Positions 18,746 to 27,173 of a stretch of DNA of 64,000 nucleotides are shown piece after piece. Source of the DNA: a virus; the IMG/VR virus record IMGVR_UViG_3300027902_000008, positions 1 through 64,000 of that record. One strand, given 5' to 3'. The number at the start of each line of letters is the position of its first letter. Position 1 is the first letter of the stretch. Made by a program: the position numbers and the translations under genes. The notes under the pieces are model-generated. The model was given only the letters and a program-made list of their open reading frames with translations. It was not told where the DNA came from and ran no database searches.

Positions 18746-19282
18746 ATGCGTTTAAATAAGAAAGCAGAGGTATTCACTCTTACGGTTTTAATTGCCGTAG
18801 GGATTGCTATGTTTTTATTGGGGACTACAAATAATCCAATAAAGACAATCTTTGGTTTGGGTAATGCTGGACAAAAAACCAAACAATCAGTTATTACCAA
18901 AACTGAAAGTTACCCTGTATTTGTTAAGGATGTAAATACAGGTAAGTTGTATGTTTTGCAGACAACCAAATCAGAGACTTCCACCCTGAATACCAATGAA
19001 GAGCCAAAAATGACCATCTGGCAAAAGTTGTTAGCACTTCCGAGATTATGGCTTATATTGATGATTTTAGGGATATTCTTCCCGCCAGTAGCAGCTATTA
19101 TGGGAGTGATAAACAAGACGCTTTGGAATAAGGCAAAGCAGATAGTGGGGGGAGTGGAAGAGTCCTTGAAAAACCTTGAAACCACTCAGCCAGATGCCAA
19201 GCAGAAGGTTTTAGACACATTATCTAAAAAATATGATTCCAGCACGAAGTTGTTTGTATCTAAGATTAAGAGCAAGTTATAG
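18746..19282 (+). CDS. Membrane protein, last gene of the late operon
   Basis: Two hydrophobic segments; followed by a terminator. Confidence 0.55.
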   Translation: MRLNKKAEVFTLTVLIAVGIAMFLLGTTNNPIKTIFGLGNAGQKTKQSVITKTESYPVFVKDVNTGKLYVLQTTKSETSTLNTNEEPKMTIWQKLLALPRLWLILMILGIFFPPVAAIMGVINKTLWNKAKQIVGGVEESLKNLETTQPDAKQKVLDTLSKKYDSSTKLFVSKIKSKL

Positions 19283-19288
19283 AAGAAT

Positions 19289-19337
19289 ACGCCCATAGGT
19301 TCCGAGGTAGTTTGACCGCTTATGGGCGTTTCTTTTT
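19289..19337 (+). terminator. Rho-independent terminator closing the structural operon
   Basis: ACGCCCATA...TATGGGCGT stem followed by TTCTTTTT. Confidence 0.7.
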
Positions 19338-19580
19338 GGCACCGCCCTGTTTTAAGCCCTTCTTTGCCTCCTATTTGCCCCGCAGAGCCAAAATTCTCTA
19401 AAAATCAAAGCCCTCTATGACCTTTTTGAAAACGCCTGTAAACGCAAATTAGAGCCGAATTTCCCCTTTTTAACCCTTGCCAAAGGGGTAAGAAGAGAAA
19501 TCAGGCAAAACCGAACCTGACAGCGTCGGGAAATGACCTATTTGCCAAAACTGTCTTAATGTTGGAATATGATAAAATTA

Positions 19581-19609
19581 TTGACAATAATATAATGAAA
19601 TGGTATATT
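19581..19609 (+). promoter_or_regulatory. Sigma70-type promoter
   Basis: TTGACA, 17-nt spacer, TATATT with extended -10 TG; AT-rich upstream. Confidence 0.8.
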
Positions 19610-19615
19610 TATTAT

Positions 19616-20196
19616 AGAAATATAAAGATGATATATCCGCCCTGTGTGGAGGTTCTTTGAAAAAGAAAGGTTAGGAGTAAGTAAGGGGAAAAGCCCCTGA
19701 AGCGAGGCAGGTAAAACATCGCCCTGTGTGAGAGTCCCTGCTGAGTAGCAAAGGAGTTCCTGAGTGCTGGCATAGAACCAGAGGAAGGACAGAACGGATG
19801 AGTAGGAGAGAAACCGAAAGATTACTTTGCGAAATACCCTTGAAAGCCGATAACCATAAGACCAATTCCGATGACAAGGATAGGGGCGGTTAAAACCTGC
19901 CGAATGGTTCAAAACAATAAAGTCCTTTAGACTTGCTACGAAAGCAGACTTCTAAGCGGTAGCACGAGTAGGCTGGTATTCCAATCTTAATTGCCTGTAA
20001 ATATAGCCAATTATGGCTTTGAGCCTTAGAGCTCTCAAAAACAGGCTTATATTAAGGAAGCGAATACTGTAAATGCAGAAATGCGAAACTCTGTAATCCA
20101 AAAGAGGTATGCATTATAGTTGAAGTGGCACCGAAACAACATAGATTTGTGGAAAGCCACCAATGACACAAATGAACTTACCCATATTACAGAGTT
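19616..20196 (+). ncRNA. Candidate large structured ncRNA (~580 nt)
   Basis: No + strand ORF, GC-richer than its flanks, many nested helices, immediately downstream of a consensus promoter and bounded 3' by a ribozyme cleavage site. Confidence 0.6.
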
Positions 20197-20234
20197 AGCA
20201 GGAACTGGCTATTCCTGCTCTGATGAGCGAGCCA
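20082..20234 (+). ncRNA. Type II hammerhead ribozyme with loop I pseudoknot and large stem III insertion
   Basis: Core GAAA at 20085-88; stem III ACTCTGTAAT/ATTACAGAGT; GUU cleavage triplet 20194-96; stem I AGCAGGAA/TTCCTGCT; CTGATGA at 20220-26; short stem II; loop TGGCT pairs with AGCCA (20230-34). Confidence 0.8.
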
Positions 20235-20527
20235 AAAAAATGAGGTGAAAATGAGAAAATATAGACCTGATTTAAACTTTTGGCAGTTGTTAAAGCTTGC
20301 AGATAAAGGCGACAAAAGAGCACAGAGAGAAATTAAGAGAATAGAGAAATCAAAAGGAAAGGAGGCGGTATGACAGTATCTAAGGCAATATCTCAACTGG
20401 AAAAAGACCTTAAAATTTGTATGAAGAGAGGTTGGATTCCAGAGTATACAGACGAGAAGTTGCACGGCATTGCAAAAAGTATAATTTACAGCGAAAAAAG
20501 GTATATGAGAAAGGGGGCGAGAAAGAA

Positions 20528-20863
20528 ATGACACTTAAGCAGATAACAGGATTGAAAAACAGGAACGCAGGACACAAAATGGAGATAAAAGTCTGGAATA
20601 AGATGAATCACGGTTGCTGTCTTGCCAGAGTTATTTCAAGTGGAAGTAAAGGAATGTTTGACATCTGGTCTCTGCAATGGGATAAGTTAAGAGTAGCAGT
20701 TTGCAGGACAAATGGGTATCTCACTAAGACGGAAAAACAGAAGTTGGCAGAGTTTATGATAAACAAACCTTCTTGGGTTCAGGTGGAAGTTTGGTGGTAT
20801 CGCAGTAAAAAGAAAATGACTAAGACAATCCTGAAGAATGCTGAACAGGTCGTTGCTTGGTAG
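20528..20863 (+). CDS. PD-(D/E)xK Holliday-junction-resolvase-like protein (Hjc type, possibly degenerate)
   Basis: NRNAGHKME...SSGSKGMFDIW pattern. Confidence 0.5.
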   Translation: MTLKQITGLKNRNAGHKMEIKVWNKMNHGCCLARVISSGSKGMFDIWSLQWDKLRVAVCRTNGYLTKTEKQKLAEFMINKPSWVQVEVWWYRSKKKMTKTILKNAEQVVAW

Positions 20864-20926
20864 TTTAGTTCGTCAAGGAGTTAGGCGGAGAAAAAGGAGC
20901 AAACTGGCAAAAATTGAGGTGAAAAT

Positions 20927-21175
20927 ATGAAAATCAAGGTTGCAAGGCTTTACAAATTAAGCGGTGATAAACCGCTTAAAGCATTAGTGGACATCTCTCT
21001 TGATGATAAGTTTATTGTTAAGGGATTGAGAGTTATTGAAGGAAAGAAAGGGTTATTTGTATCTATGCCAAAAGAAAAAGGTGTAGATAAAAGGTGGTAT
21101 GACACGGTTACGATTACGGACATAACCACAAAGAAAGAGATTGAAAAAGCAATATTGGAAGTTTACGCAAAATAA
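20927..21175 (+). CDS. spoVG: SpoVG family nucleic-acid-binding protein
   Basis: LKALVDISLDDKFIVKGLRVIEGKKGLFVSMP is the SpoVG signature. Confidence 0.9.
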   Translation: MKIKVARLYKLSGDKPLKALVDISLDDKFIVKGLRVIEGKKGLFVSMPKEKGVDKRWYDTVTITDITTKKEIEKAILEVYAK

Positions 21176-21187
21176 AGGAGGAGTAAG

Positions 21188-21502
21188 ATGGCAAAGAAAA
21201 AAGGTTTTGGAGTTATGGTATGTTTCAAAGGCGACATAATGACATTAGAGCAATTATTTGGTGCAAAACCAATAATGTCAACGCAAATGTCCAAACTGAT
21301 ATGGAACCATATCAGAGCAAAGCAGATTGAAGCACAAAAGGGCTGGGAGCCCAAAGTTAATGATGTGGTGAAGTATTACTGGAAGAAAGATGACAGGTGG
21401 TATACAGGAACCTTAATTAAAATCCAAGGTAATGTATATCACGTTCAAGATGCAAATGGAACTTACAAATTTGCAAGAAAAGAGATAATGAAAAAGGTGT
21501 AA
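21188..21502 (+). CDS. SWIB-like domain fused to Tudor/SH3-like domain
   Basis: LEQLFGAKPIMSTQMSKLIWNHIR (SWIB-like); KVNDVVKYYWKKDDRWYTGTLIKI (Tudor-like). Confidence 0.5.
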   Translation: MAKKKGFGVMVCFKGDIMTLEQLFGAKPIMSTQMSKLIWNHIRAKQIEAQKGWEPKVNDVVKYYWKKDDRWYTGTLIKIQGNVYHVQDANGTYKFARKEIMKKV

Positions 21503-21503
21503 A

Positions 21504-21818
21504 ATGGGAAAAAACCTGTGCAACAAGGAACGAAAAGTAAATGACCCTTACGAAATCTGGATTGGCGTAGGAAAGTTTGAAGGGTGGGAATGGAGAGTTC
21601 TTAAAAAGTGGCAAACTCCTGAAAATGAAGTTAAGAATCCCTATGCCAGATGGTTTTGTGCGGTTAAATCTCCCTTTACTTTTGATAGCTGGGAGTATGG
21701 AGATACTTATATATCCGATATAGTTCCATACGCAAAAATGATTAAAGGTAAACCTGATTTGCGAAAGGTAATGCGAGAGGGAATGGGGTTAGGGGATATA
21801 TTTAAGGAGGAAAAATGA
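21504..21818 (+). CDS. Conserved-looking phage hypothetical protein
   Basis: Trp-rich WEWRVLKKWQ...YARWFCAVKSPFT...GDTY. Confidence 0.6.
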   Translation: MGKNLCNKERKVNDPYEIWIGVGKFEGWEWRVLKKWQTPENEVKNPYARWFCAVKSPFTFDSWEYGDTYISDIVPYAKMIKGKPDLRKVMREGMGLGDIFKEEK

Positions 21819-21942
21819 AAGAATTTGTAGATGGTTTAAAATGGGGACTTGGTGTAGGAGTTGCGTTATTGATAACTTTTGGAGTTTGGTTTTTGGGTAT
21901 GTGTATTTGGTTAAATATGGCAGGATAAGGGAGGTGATAAGA

Positions 21943-22173
21943 ATGAGAACTATACATTTGATTAAGGCTAAACATCCGAGAAATGGCATAGTTGAATATG
22001 CCAAAGTTCCTTCCAGAACCAATCCTTTTGTTGCTTATTTTGTGTTGAAGCATTCAACTGGAAAGGTAAGTTGTAACTGTGGAGATTACATATTCAACAG
22101 ACCAAAGCAAGGATGTGCTCATATAAAGTTGGTGCTTGGAAGGATAACCAAAGAGCAATATCTGGAAAAATAA
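21943..22173 (+). CDS. SWIM zinc-finger protein
   Basis: CNCGDY...GCAHI motif; GGAGGTG RBS. Confidence 0.65.
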   Translation: MRTIHLIKAKHPRNGIVEYAKVPSRTNPFVAYFVLKHSTGKVSCNCGDYIFNRPKQGCAHIKLVLGRITKEQYLEK

Positions 22174-22187
22174 TTGGCGGAGGCAAA

Positions 22188-23096
22188 ATGAGAAAAGTGT
22201 ATCCTATGATGGCGGATTATATTGATAGTAGCGAACTTGATGTTTACCTCAATAGCCCTGCCTATGTAGCAGAAGAGAAGTTTGATGGCTCTCGCTATGT
22301 AATGCAGATAACCGATAAGGGAGTTATTCTGCACTCAAGGAGAGAAAGTGTAAAGGGTGGGATGTGCGATAAAACAAATAATGTTCCGCATATTACACAA
22401 CTGCCTATCTTGAAAAAGTATGTAGGAACTATCTTTGATGGAGAGATAGTTTCTCCTGATTCAAAGTTCTTGAGTGTGATGTCGGTTATGGGAAGTTCTC
22501 CAGAAAGGGCTATAGAGACTCAAAAAGAAAATGGCTTGGTTAGTTATATGGTATTTGACATCCTTGAATATGAAGGCAAAAATGTTAGGCTTATGGCATT
22601 TCTTCACAGGAGAAATCTTCTTGAAGCCATATTCAAGTCTGGTGATTGGGGCAGTATCAAACTTACTAAGCAGGTTAGGAACAATAAGGGAGAGTATTAT
22701 AAGAAAATCCTTAAGGAAGGTGGCGAAGGGATAATCCTGAAGAACTGGAACTGTCCGTATATTGATGGAGAAAGACCTAAGAGAAATTGGATTAAGATAA
22801 AAAGATTGGAAACCTATGACGGAATAGTTATAGGAGGTCAGGAAGGAAACGGAAAGTATCAGAAAAACCTTGGTGCATTGCTTATTGGGCAGTATATTCA
22901 GGGAGAACTCAAAGAAGTAGCCAAGATAAGCGGAATGACGGATGAGCAGAGAAAGAAGTTTTGGGCAAAAATTAAAAGAGGTGAGAAGTGGGTAGTTGAA
23001 TTTGAGGCACAATCTAAAACTCCCTACTTTCGCTATAGACATCCCAGATATGTGAGAGATAGAAACGATAAAAATTTTAAAGATTGCGTTTTTTAA
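22188..23096 (+). CDS. ATP-dependent DNA ligase
   Basis: Motif I EEKFDGSR, FDGE, VFDIL, EGIILK, WIKIK and terminal RHPRY..R.DK. Confidence 0.92.
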   Translation: MRKVYPMMADYIDSSELDVYLNSPAYVAEEKFDGSRYVMQITDKGVILHSRRESVKGGMCDKTNNVPHITQLPILKKYVGTIFDGEIVSPDSKFLSVMSVMGSSPERAIETQKENGLVSYMVFDILEYEGKNVRLMAFLHRRNLLEAIFKSGDWGSIKLTKQVRNNKGEYYKKILKEGGEGIILKNWNCPYIDGERPKRNWIKIKRLETYDGIVIGGQEGNGKYQKNLGALLIGQYIQGELKEVAKISGMTDEQRKKFWAKIKRGEKWVVEFEAQSKTPYFRYRHPRYVRDRNDKNFKDCVF

Positions 23097-23986
23097 AAAG
23101 GAGGCGGTTGTGGAAAACGGCACTAAAGAGATTTTAAAACAGGCTGGTTTTGGTAAAGCAGTGGATTTAGTTGAAAAAGGTTTATGTCCAATCTGTGAAA
23201 AGCCAGTTAATGAAAAAGATTTCAAAGATGAATTAAGTAGAAAAGAGTTTGATATTTCTGGTCTTTGTCAGCCGTGTCAGAATAAGATATTCGTTGAGAG
23301 GTAATATGCCTAAATATAAAGAAAGCATTTGTATAATTTGTGGACAGAAAGTCTTTAGAGAGCCAGATAGCCAAGGTTTATTTTGTGGTAAGTTTGATTG
23401 TCTGAATAAGTTTGCTGATGAAATAGAGTGTCCAAAGTGCGGAACTCCTATTGCTGAATTTAGCAAAAATGGTATTGGTATGGGTATGGTTACTCAATGG
23501 ATGTTAGCCTGCCCTAAACATCAGGAAGTAAGATTCAAGAGATTTTCTTTCTGTCCAGATGTAGAAATATGTCCAAAATGTAAAGGTGAAGTAATAGGTG
23601 AAATAGATTTAGAATTTCTGAAAGATACTGGTTATTGTTTGCGTTGTGATAGTATTTTGGGTGATATGTTAGCGGAATCAAAGGAAATTATGGATAAGGA
23701 AGGCAGTGAGGAGGTGGAAGATGGAGGAGTTTAGAAGGAGACCTGAGAAAGAAATACACATTATCAATGACAACAATCCGCCAAAAAAAGTAATTGAATT
23801 ATCTGGCTGGATAGCAGCAGAAGTCCATAAAACTCTTATTAAAGAAGGTTTTGATGTAGGGGATTATGCTGTGTGTGTTATGAATTGGACAAGGGGAATT
23901 AAAGATAAACAAATCAGAAAAGCAGAGATTATGATTAACTTTTGTTATGGTAAAAAGCCTAAAGATATATTAGGAGGTGATATTAA

Positions 23987-24181
23987 ATGAATGAAACTCT
24001 TCTTGATGTTAAAGAGGTAGCGAAAATGCTTAAACTTGATGAGCAAACTATCTATAGGATGGTTGAGAAAGATAAAGATAAATTAAACGGAAATAAACTA
24101 CCTGCTATGAGAATCGGTGGTGTAATAAGGTTTAAAAGAGAAGATATAGAAGAATGGCTCAAAAACAAGAAAGGCAAATAA
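23987..24181 (+). CDS. Excisionase-like HTH_17 DNA-binding protein
   Basis: LLDVKEVAKMLKLDEQTIYRM...RIGGVIRF. Confidence 0.85.
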   Translation: MNETLLDVKEVAKMLKLDEQTIYRMVEKDKDKLNGNKLPAMRIGGVIRFKREDIEEWLKNKKGK

Positions 24182-25243
24182 ATGAATATCATAGATTCGG
24201 TTAATAGCCATATAGAACATAGTTGGGAAGGATTGGATTTTCTTATCAGGGATAAGTCTAATTTTCACGCCAGAGATGTAAGTGTTGTATTTAAAAGTAA
24301 GTTTGCTAAAGATGAAACAGACCTTCGTAAATTGCATAATCTTGCCACAGAAAAGGTAGAGGGAAAATGTCTAAGAGCCTTATTTTATGACTTTCAAAAA
24401 CAGGTGGTAACTAATCCTACGGAATCTTCAGGGATTAGAACTATGGATATAGGAAACGCCTGTGAAGATATGGAAAGAGATTATTATAAGAGCTTGGGCA
24501 TATTCCAATCTGCTCATATCAGAATGTTCAATAAGGATTACCTCATATCAGGAGAAGTTGATAATCTTATTTGGGAATATGAGGATATCCTCCTTCCAGA
24601 CGGACACTTAAGCGGTAGAGTAAAAATCTGTGAACCAAGAAGATTGATAGGCGTAGAAGTAAAGTCTTTCTGGGGTTATTACGCAGAGAAAGAAATATTG
24701 GTTAATGGTATTCCTAAGTGGAATCACGTCCTTCAGGCACTAATCTACTTAGACCACTACAAACCAAACATACCATATTGGCTGTTAGTATATCTTAGCA
24801 GGGGTGGCGGAGTAGATACCCCTAATGGCAGAATGTTTGGCAGGCAATTCAAGTTGCAAATAAGCAAGTTAACAGGAGAGATATTTATAGATGGTATGAT
24901 TGTCAAGGAGTTTAAAATAGAAGACGTGTATGGCAGGTTTAAGAAAGCCCAATTCTTAATTGAGAATAATAAGTTGCCAGATAGGGATTATGTGTATAAC
25001 TACCCTAAAGATTTGGTTGAACTTAAATACAAGAAAGGAGAAATAGGCAAAAGTGCTTACGGAGATTGGCAGAATGGGAACAAGTATATCAGCGATTGGC
25101 AATGCTCGTATTGTGGGTATCTGTATCAATGTTGGAAGGATGTATTTGGAAATACAGTAAGAGGAGCACCTAAAGAGGTTTTAGGTGTAGAAACTAAAAT
25201 GGAGGCAACGGATTCCACAGATAGTGGAGTTCCGAAAGGATAG
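24182..25243 (+). CDS. Cas4-like PD-(D/E)xK exonuclease
   Basis: N-terminal Cys (KCLR), SGEVD, EVKS, QALIY and C-terminal CSYCGYLYQC Fe-S motif. Confidence 0.75.
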   Translation: MNIIDSVNSHIEHSWEGLDFLIRDKSNFHARDVSVVFKSKFAKDETDLRKLHNLATEKVEGKCLRALFYDFQKQVVTNPTESSGIRTMDIGNACEDMERDYYKSLGIFQSAHIRMFNKDYLISGEVDNLIWEYEDILLPDGHLSGRVKICEPRRLIGVEVKSFWGYYAEKEILVNGIPKWNHVLQALIYLDHYKPNIPYWLLVYLSRGGGVDTPNGRMFGRQFKLQISKLTGEIFIDGMIVKEFKIEDVYGRFKKAQFLIENNKLPDRDYVYNYPKDLVELKYKKGEIGKSAYGDWQNGNKYISDWQCSYCGYLYQCWKDVFGNTVRGAPKEVLGVETKMEATDSTDSGVPKG

Positions 25244-25253
25244 GAGGAAGAAG

Positions 25254-25640
25254 ATGGAAGTTAAGAAAAAGAAAGCCGATTTAATTAGGGAAAATATTCA
25301 AGAGATAAAGGAATTAAGAACTAAGGGTATGGGTTATAGAAGTTTATCCCATCATTTAAGCAATAAATTAGGCATTAAAATATCAATGGGGCAATTACAT
25401 TCAATAATGAGAAAGGAGGAAGGAGCAATAGCACATAGCAATGCAATAAAGATTCATTTAAGTCCAGAGCAGGTTAATGCTTTAAGTGAGGATGGTGTTA
25501 TATCTGTTTCTCAGGCAGGAGTTCATTATGTAATAGAATCAAGGAAATGGTGCTGTAAAAAGTTAAGGAGATATGCCAGATATAGAGGCAAGATAGTGGC
25601 TAAGTTTAAAGTCTGTCCTTTCTGTTCTACGAAAAGGTAG
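25254..25640 (+). CDS. HTH protein with C-terminal Cys cluster
   Basis: IKELRTKGMGYRSLS HTH; WCC...CPFC. Confidence 0.5.
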   Translation: MEVKKKKADLIRENIQEIKELRTKGMGYRSLSHHLSNKLGIKISMGQLHSIMRKEEGAIAHSNAIKIHLSPEQVNALSEDGVISVSQAGVHYVIESRKWCCKKLRRYARYRGKIVAKFKVCPFCSTKR

Positions 25641-25893
25641 GTGAAGATATGTCTATAAATGGACATTTTAGTTGGAAATGGAGCAAGAAAAGTAAGAAAA
25701 AAGTAACTGGCAGAAAAATGAGTAAAGATATGAAGATAAAGATTGGCAAGGCTCTCAAGGGTAAAAAGTATTACAAGGAAGAAGTTATTAAGAAACCAAT
25801 GCCAATTTTAATTTAGGGGGTGATATGATGAAGGTTTCAATAATTGGAGTCAAGGCAGATAAAGTCAATAGAAGACTACGAAGGAGGGTTAGA

Positions 25894-27165
25894 ATGGCTG
25901 AAGTTAAGGAAGAAAATATCAATGTGAGTATCAACGGAAATGTTTTACCACAGGAGTTTAATGTATTTGATATTGTGAGCAGGTTTAAAAAGCATTTTGA
26001 CGAAGTGGAAAAGCACTTTGTTGAGAGGAAAAATGAATTAGAGCAGATTAAGTATGCAATGCTTATCAAAGAACACGTTTTACTTAAAGGAAAGACAGGA
26101 ACGGCAAAGAGCAAACTTGGTAAATATTGCTTTAACTTTATCAAGGGAGCAAAAACATTTGCTATTCAATTAAGCAAGTTTATGTCAGAGGAGTATCTTT
26201 TTGGTGCTATTGATATTACCAAAATGAGAAACGAAGGTAAGGTTGAGCACATAACTACCGATAGCATAATAGATTGCGAGTTTGCCTTTATTGATGAAGT
26301 GTTTGATGGGAATGACGCTTTATTGCGTTCTCTTTTGGAAGTGCTTAATGAAAGGAAGTTCACAAGGCATACCCAAAGATTAGACGCAAAGTTGCATACT
26401 GCGATACTTACCTCTAATTATGTCAGGGAAGATGAAGCGACTGAAGCCTTTCTTGACAGGATTATGTTTAAATCAGATGTAAAGCCAGTAACAAGCAATA
26501 AAAACAGAATGAATATGTATCATACCTTTGTTAAGCACGGAGATAAGGGACATATTCAATTAGGAAAGATTCTTGATGGTAAAGCAGTAACATATGAAGA
26601 GTTAGTTAGCCTTGCTAACTTTATATTGAGTGATGCTGTTGAGTTGCCTGAGCCAGTTCTCAAGCTTTATGATTTGATTTTGAGGGAGTATTCAAAGCAA
26701 CTTAGTTGTTATATCTCTGACAGGAAAGCAAATAAGATGCTCAATATGTTGAAGGCTTCTGCTGTTATGAATGGAAGGAAGAGGGCTAACTTTGATGATA
26801 TTGAGTCTGTTAAGTTTGCTTTAGTAACCTTGAATAATGACCAACAGGAAGAAGTATTTAGGGCAGTATTTACAAAGCTGATGTCTGATAATGTAAAGTA
26901 TGAAGGAGTAGTAAATGAGATGGGAGAACTTGAAAAGATATTTAATGTTCTTCTTAAGAGTTCAGACCAAAAGTTAAATCCTAAATCAAAGGAAATCCTT
27001 GAGTTAAATGAGGAAGCCCAACTTTTTGAACAGAAAATACTTCAACATAACTTCTGTAATGGAACTGGGTTTAAAGATACTGATGTGAAATTTAGTGAAA
27101 TAAGGCAGGGAACTGATAGGATAATCAGGGAGATTGCCAAAACCTTAAAACTACAAAATAAGTAG
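25894..27165 (+). CDS. MoxR/RavA-family AAA+ ATPase
   Basis: HVLLKGKTGTAKS Walker A, AFIDEVF Walker B, LLEVLNER, AFLDR, ISDR. Confidence 0.9.
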   Translation: MAEVKEENINVSINGNVLPQEFNVFDIVSRFKKHFDEVEKHFVERKNELEQIKYAMLIKEHVLLKGKTGTAKSKLGKYCFNFIKGAKTFAIQLSKFMSEEYLFGAIDITKMRNEGKVEHITTDSIIDCEFAFIDEVFDGNDALLRSLLEVLNERKFTRHTQRLDAKLHTAILTSNYVREDEATEAFLDRIMFKSDVKPVTSNKNRMNMYHTFVKHGDKGHIQLGKILDGKAVTYEELVSLANFILSDAVELPEPVLKLYDLILREYSKQLSCYISDRKANKMLNMLKASAVMNGRKRANFDDIESVKFALVTLNNDQQEEVFRAVFTKLMSDNVKYEGVVNEMGELEKIFNVLLKSSDQKLNPKSKEILELNEEAQLFEQKILQHNFCNGTGFKDTDVKFSEIRQGTDRIIREIAKTLKLQNK

Positions 27166-27173
27166 GAGGCGAA

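Noticed and set aside
19796-19835. Second hammerhead-like core (CGGATGA...GAAA)
   Set aside because: The core deviates from CUGANGA, and no convincing stems I and III flank it.
20120-20134. TTGAAGTGGCACCGA resembles part of the S. pyogenes tracrRNA 3' end
   Set aside because: Short match with no anti-repeat and no Cas9; GTGGC is explained by local pairing with GCCAC.
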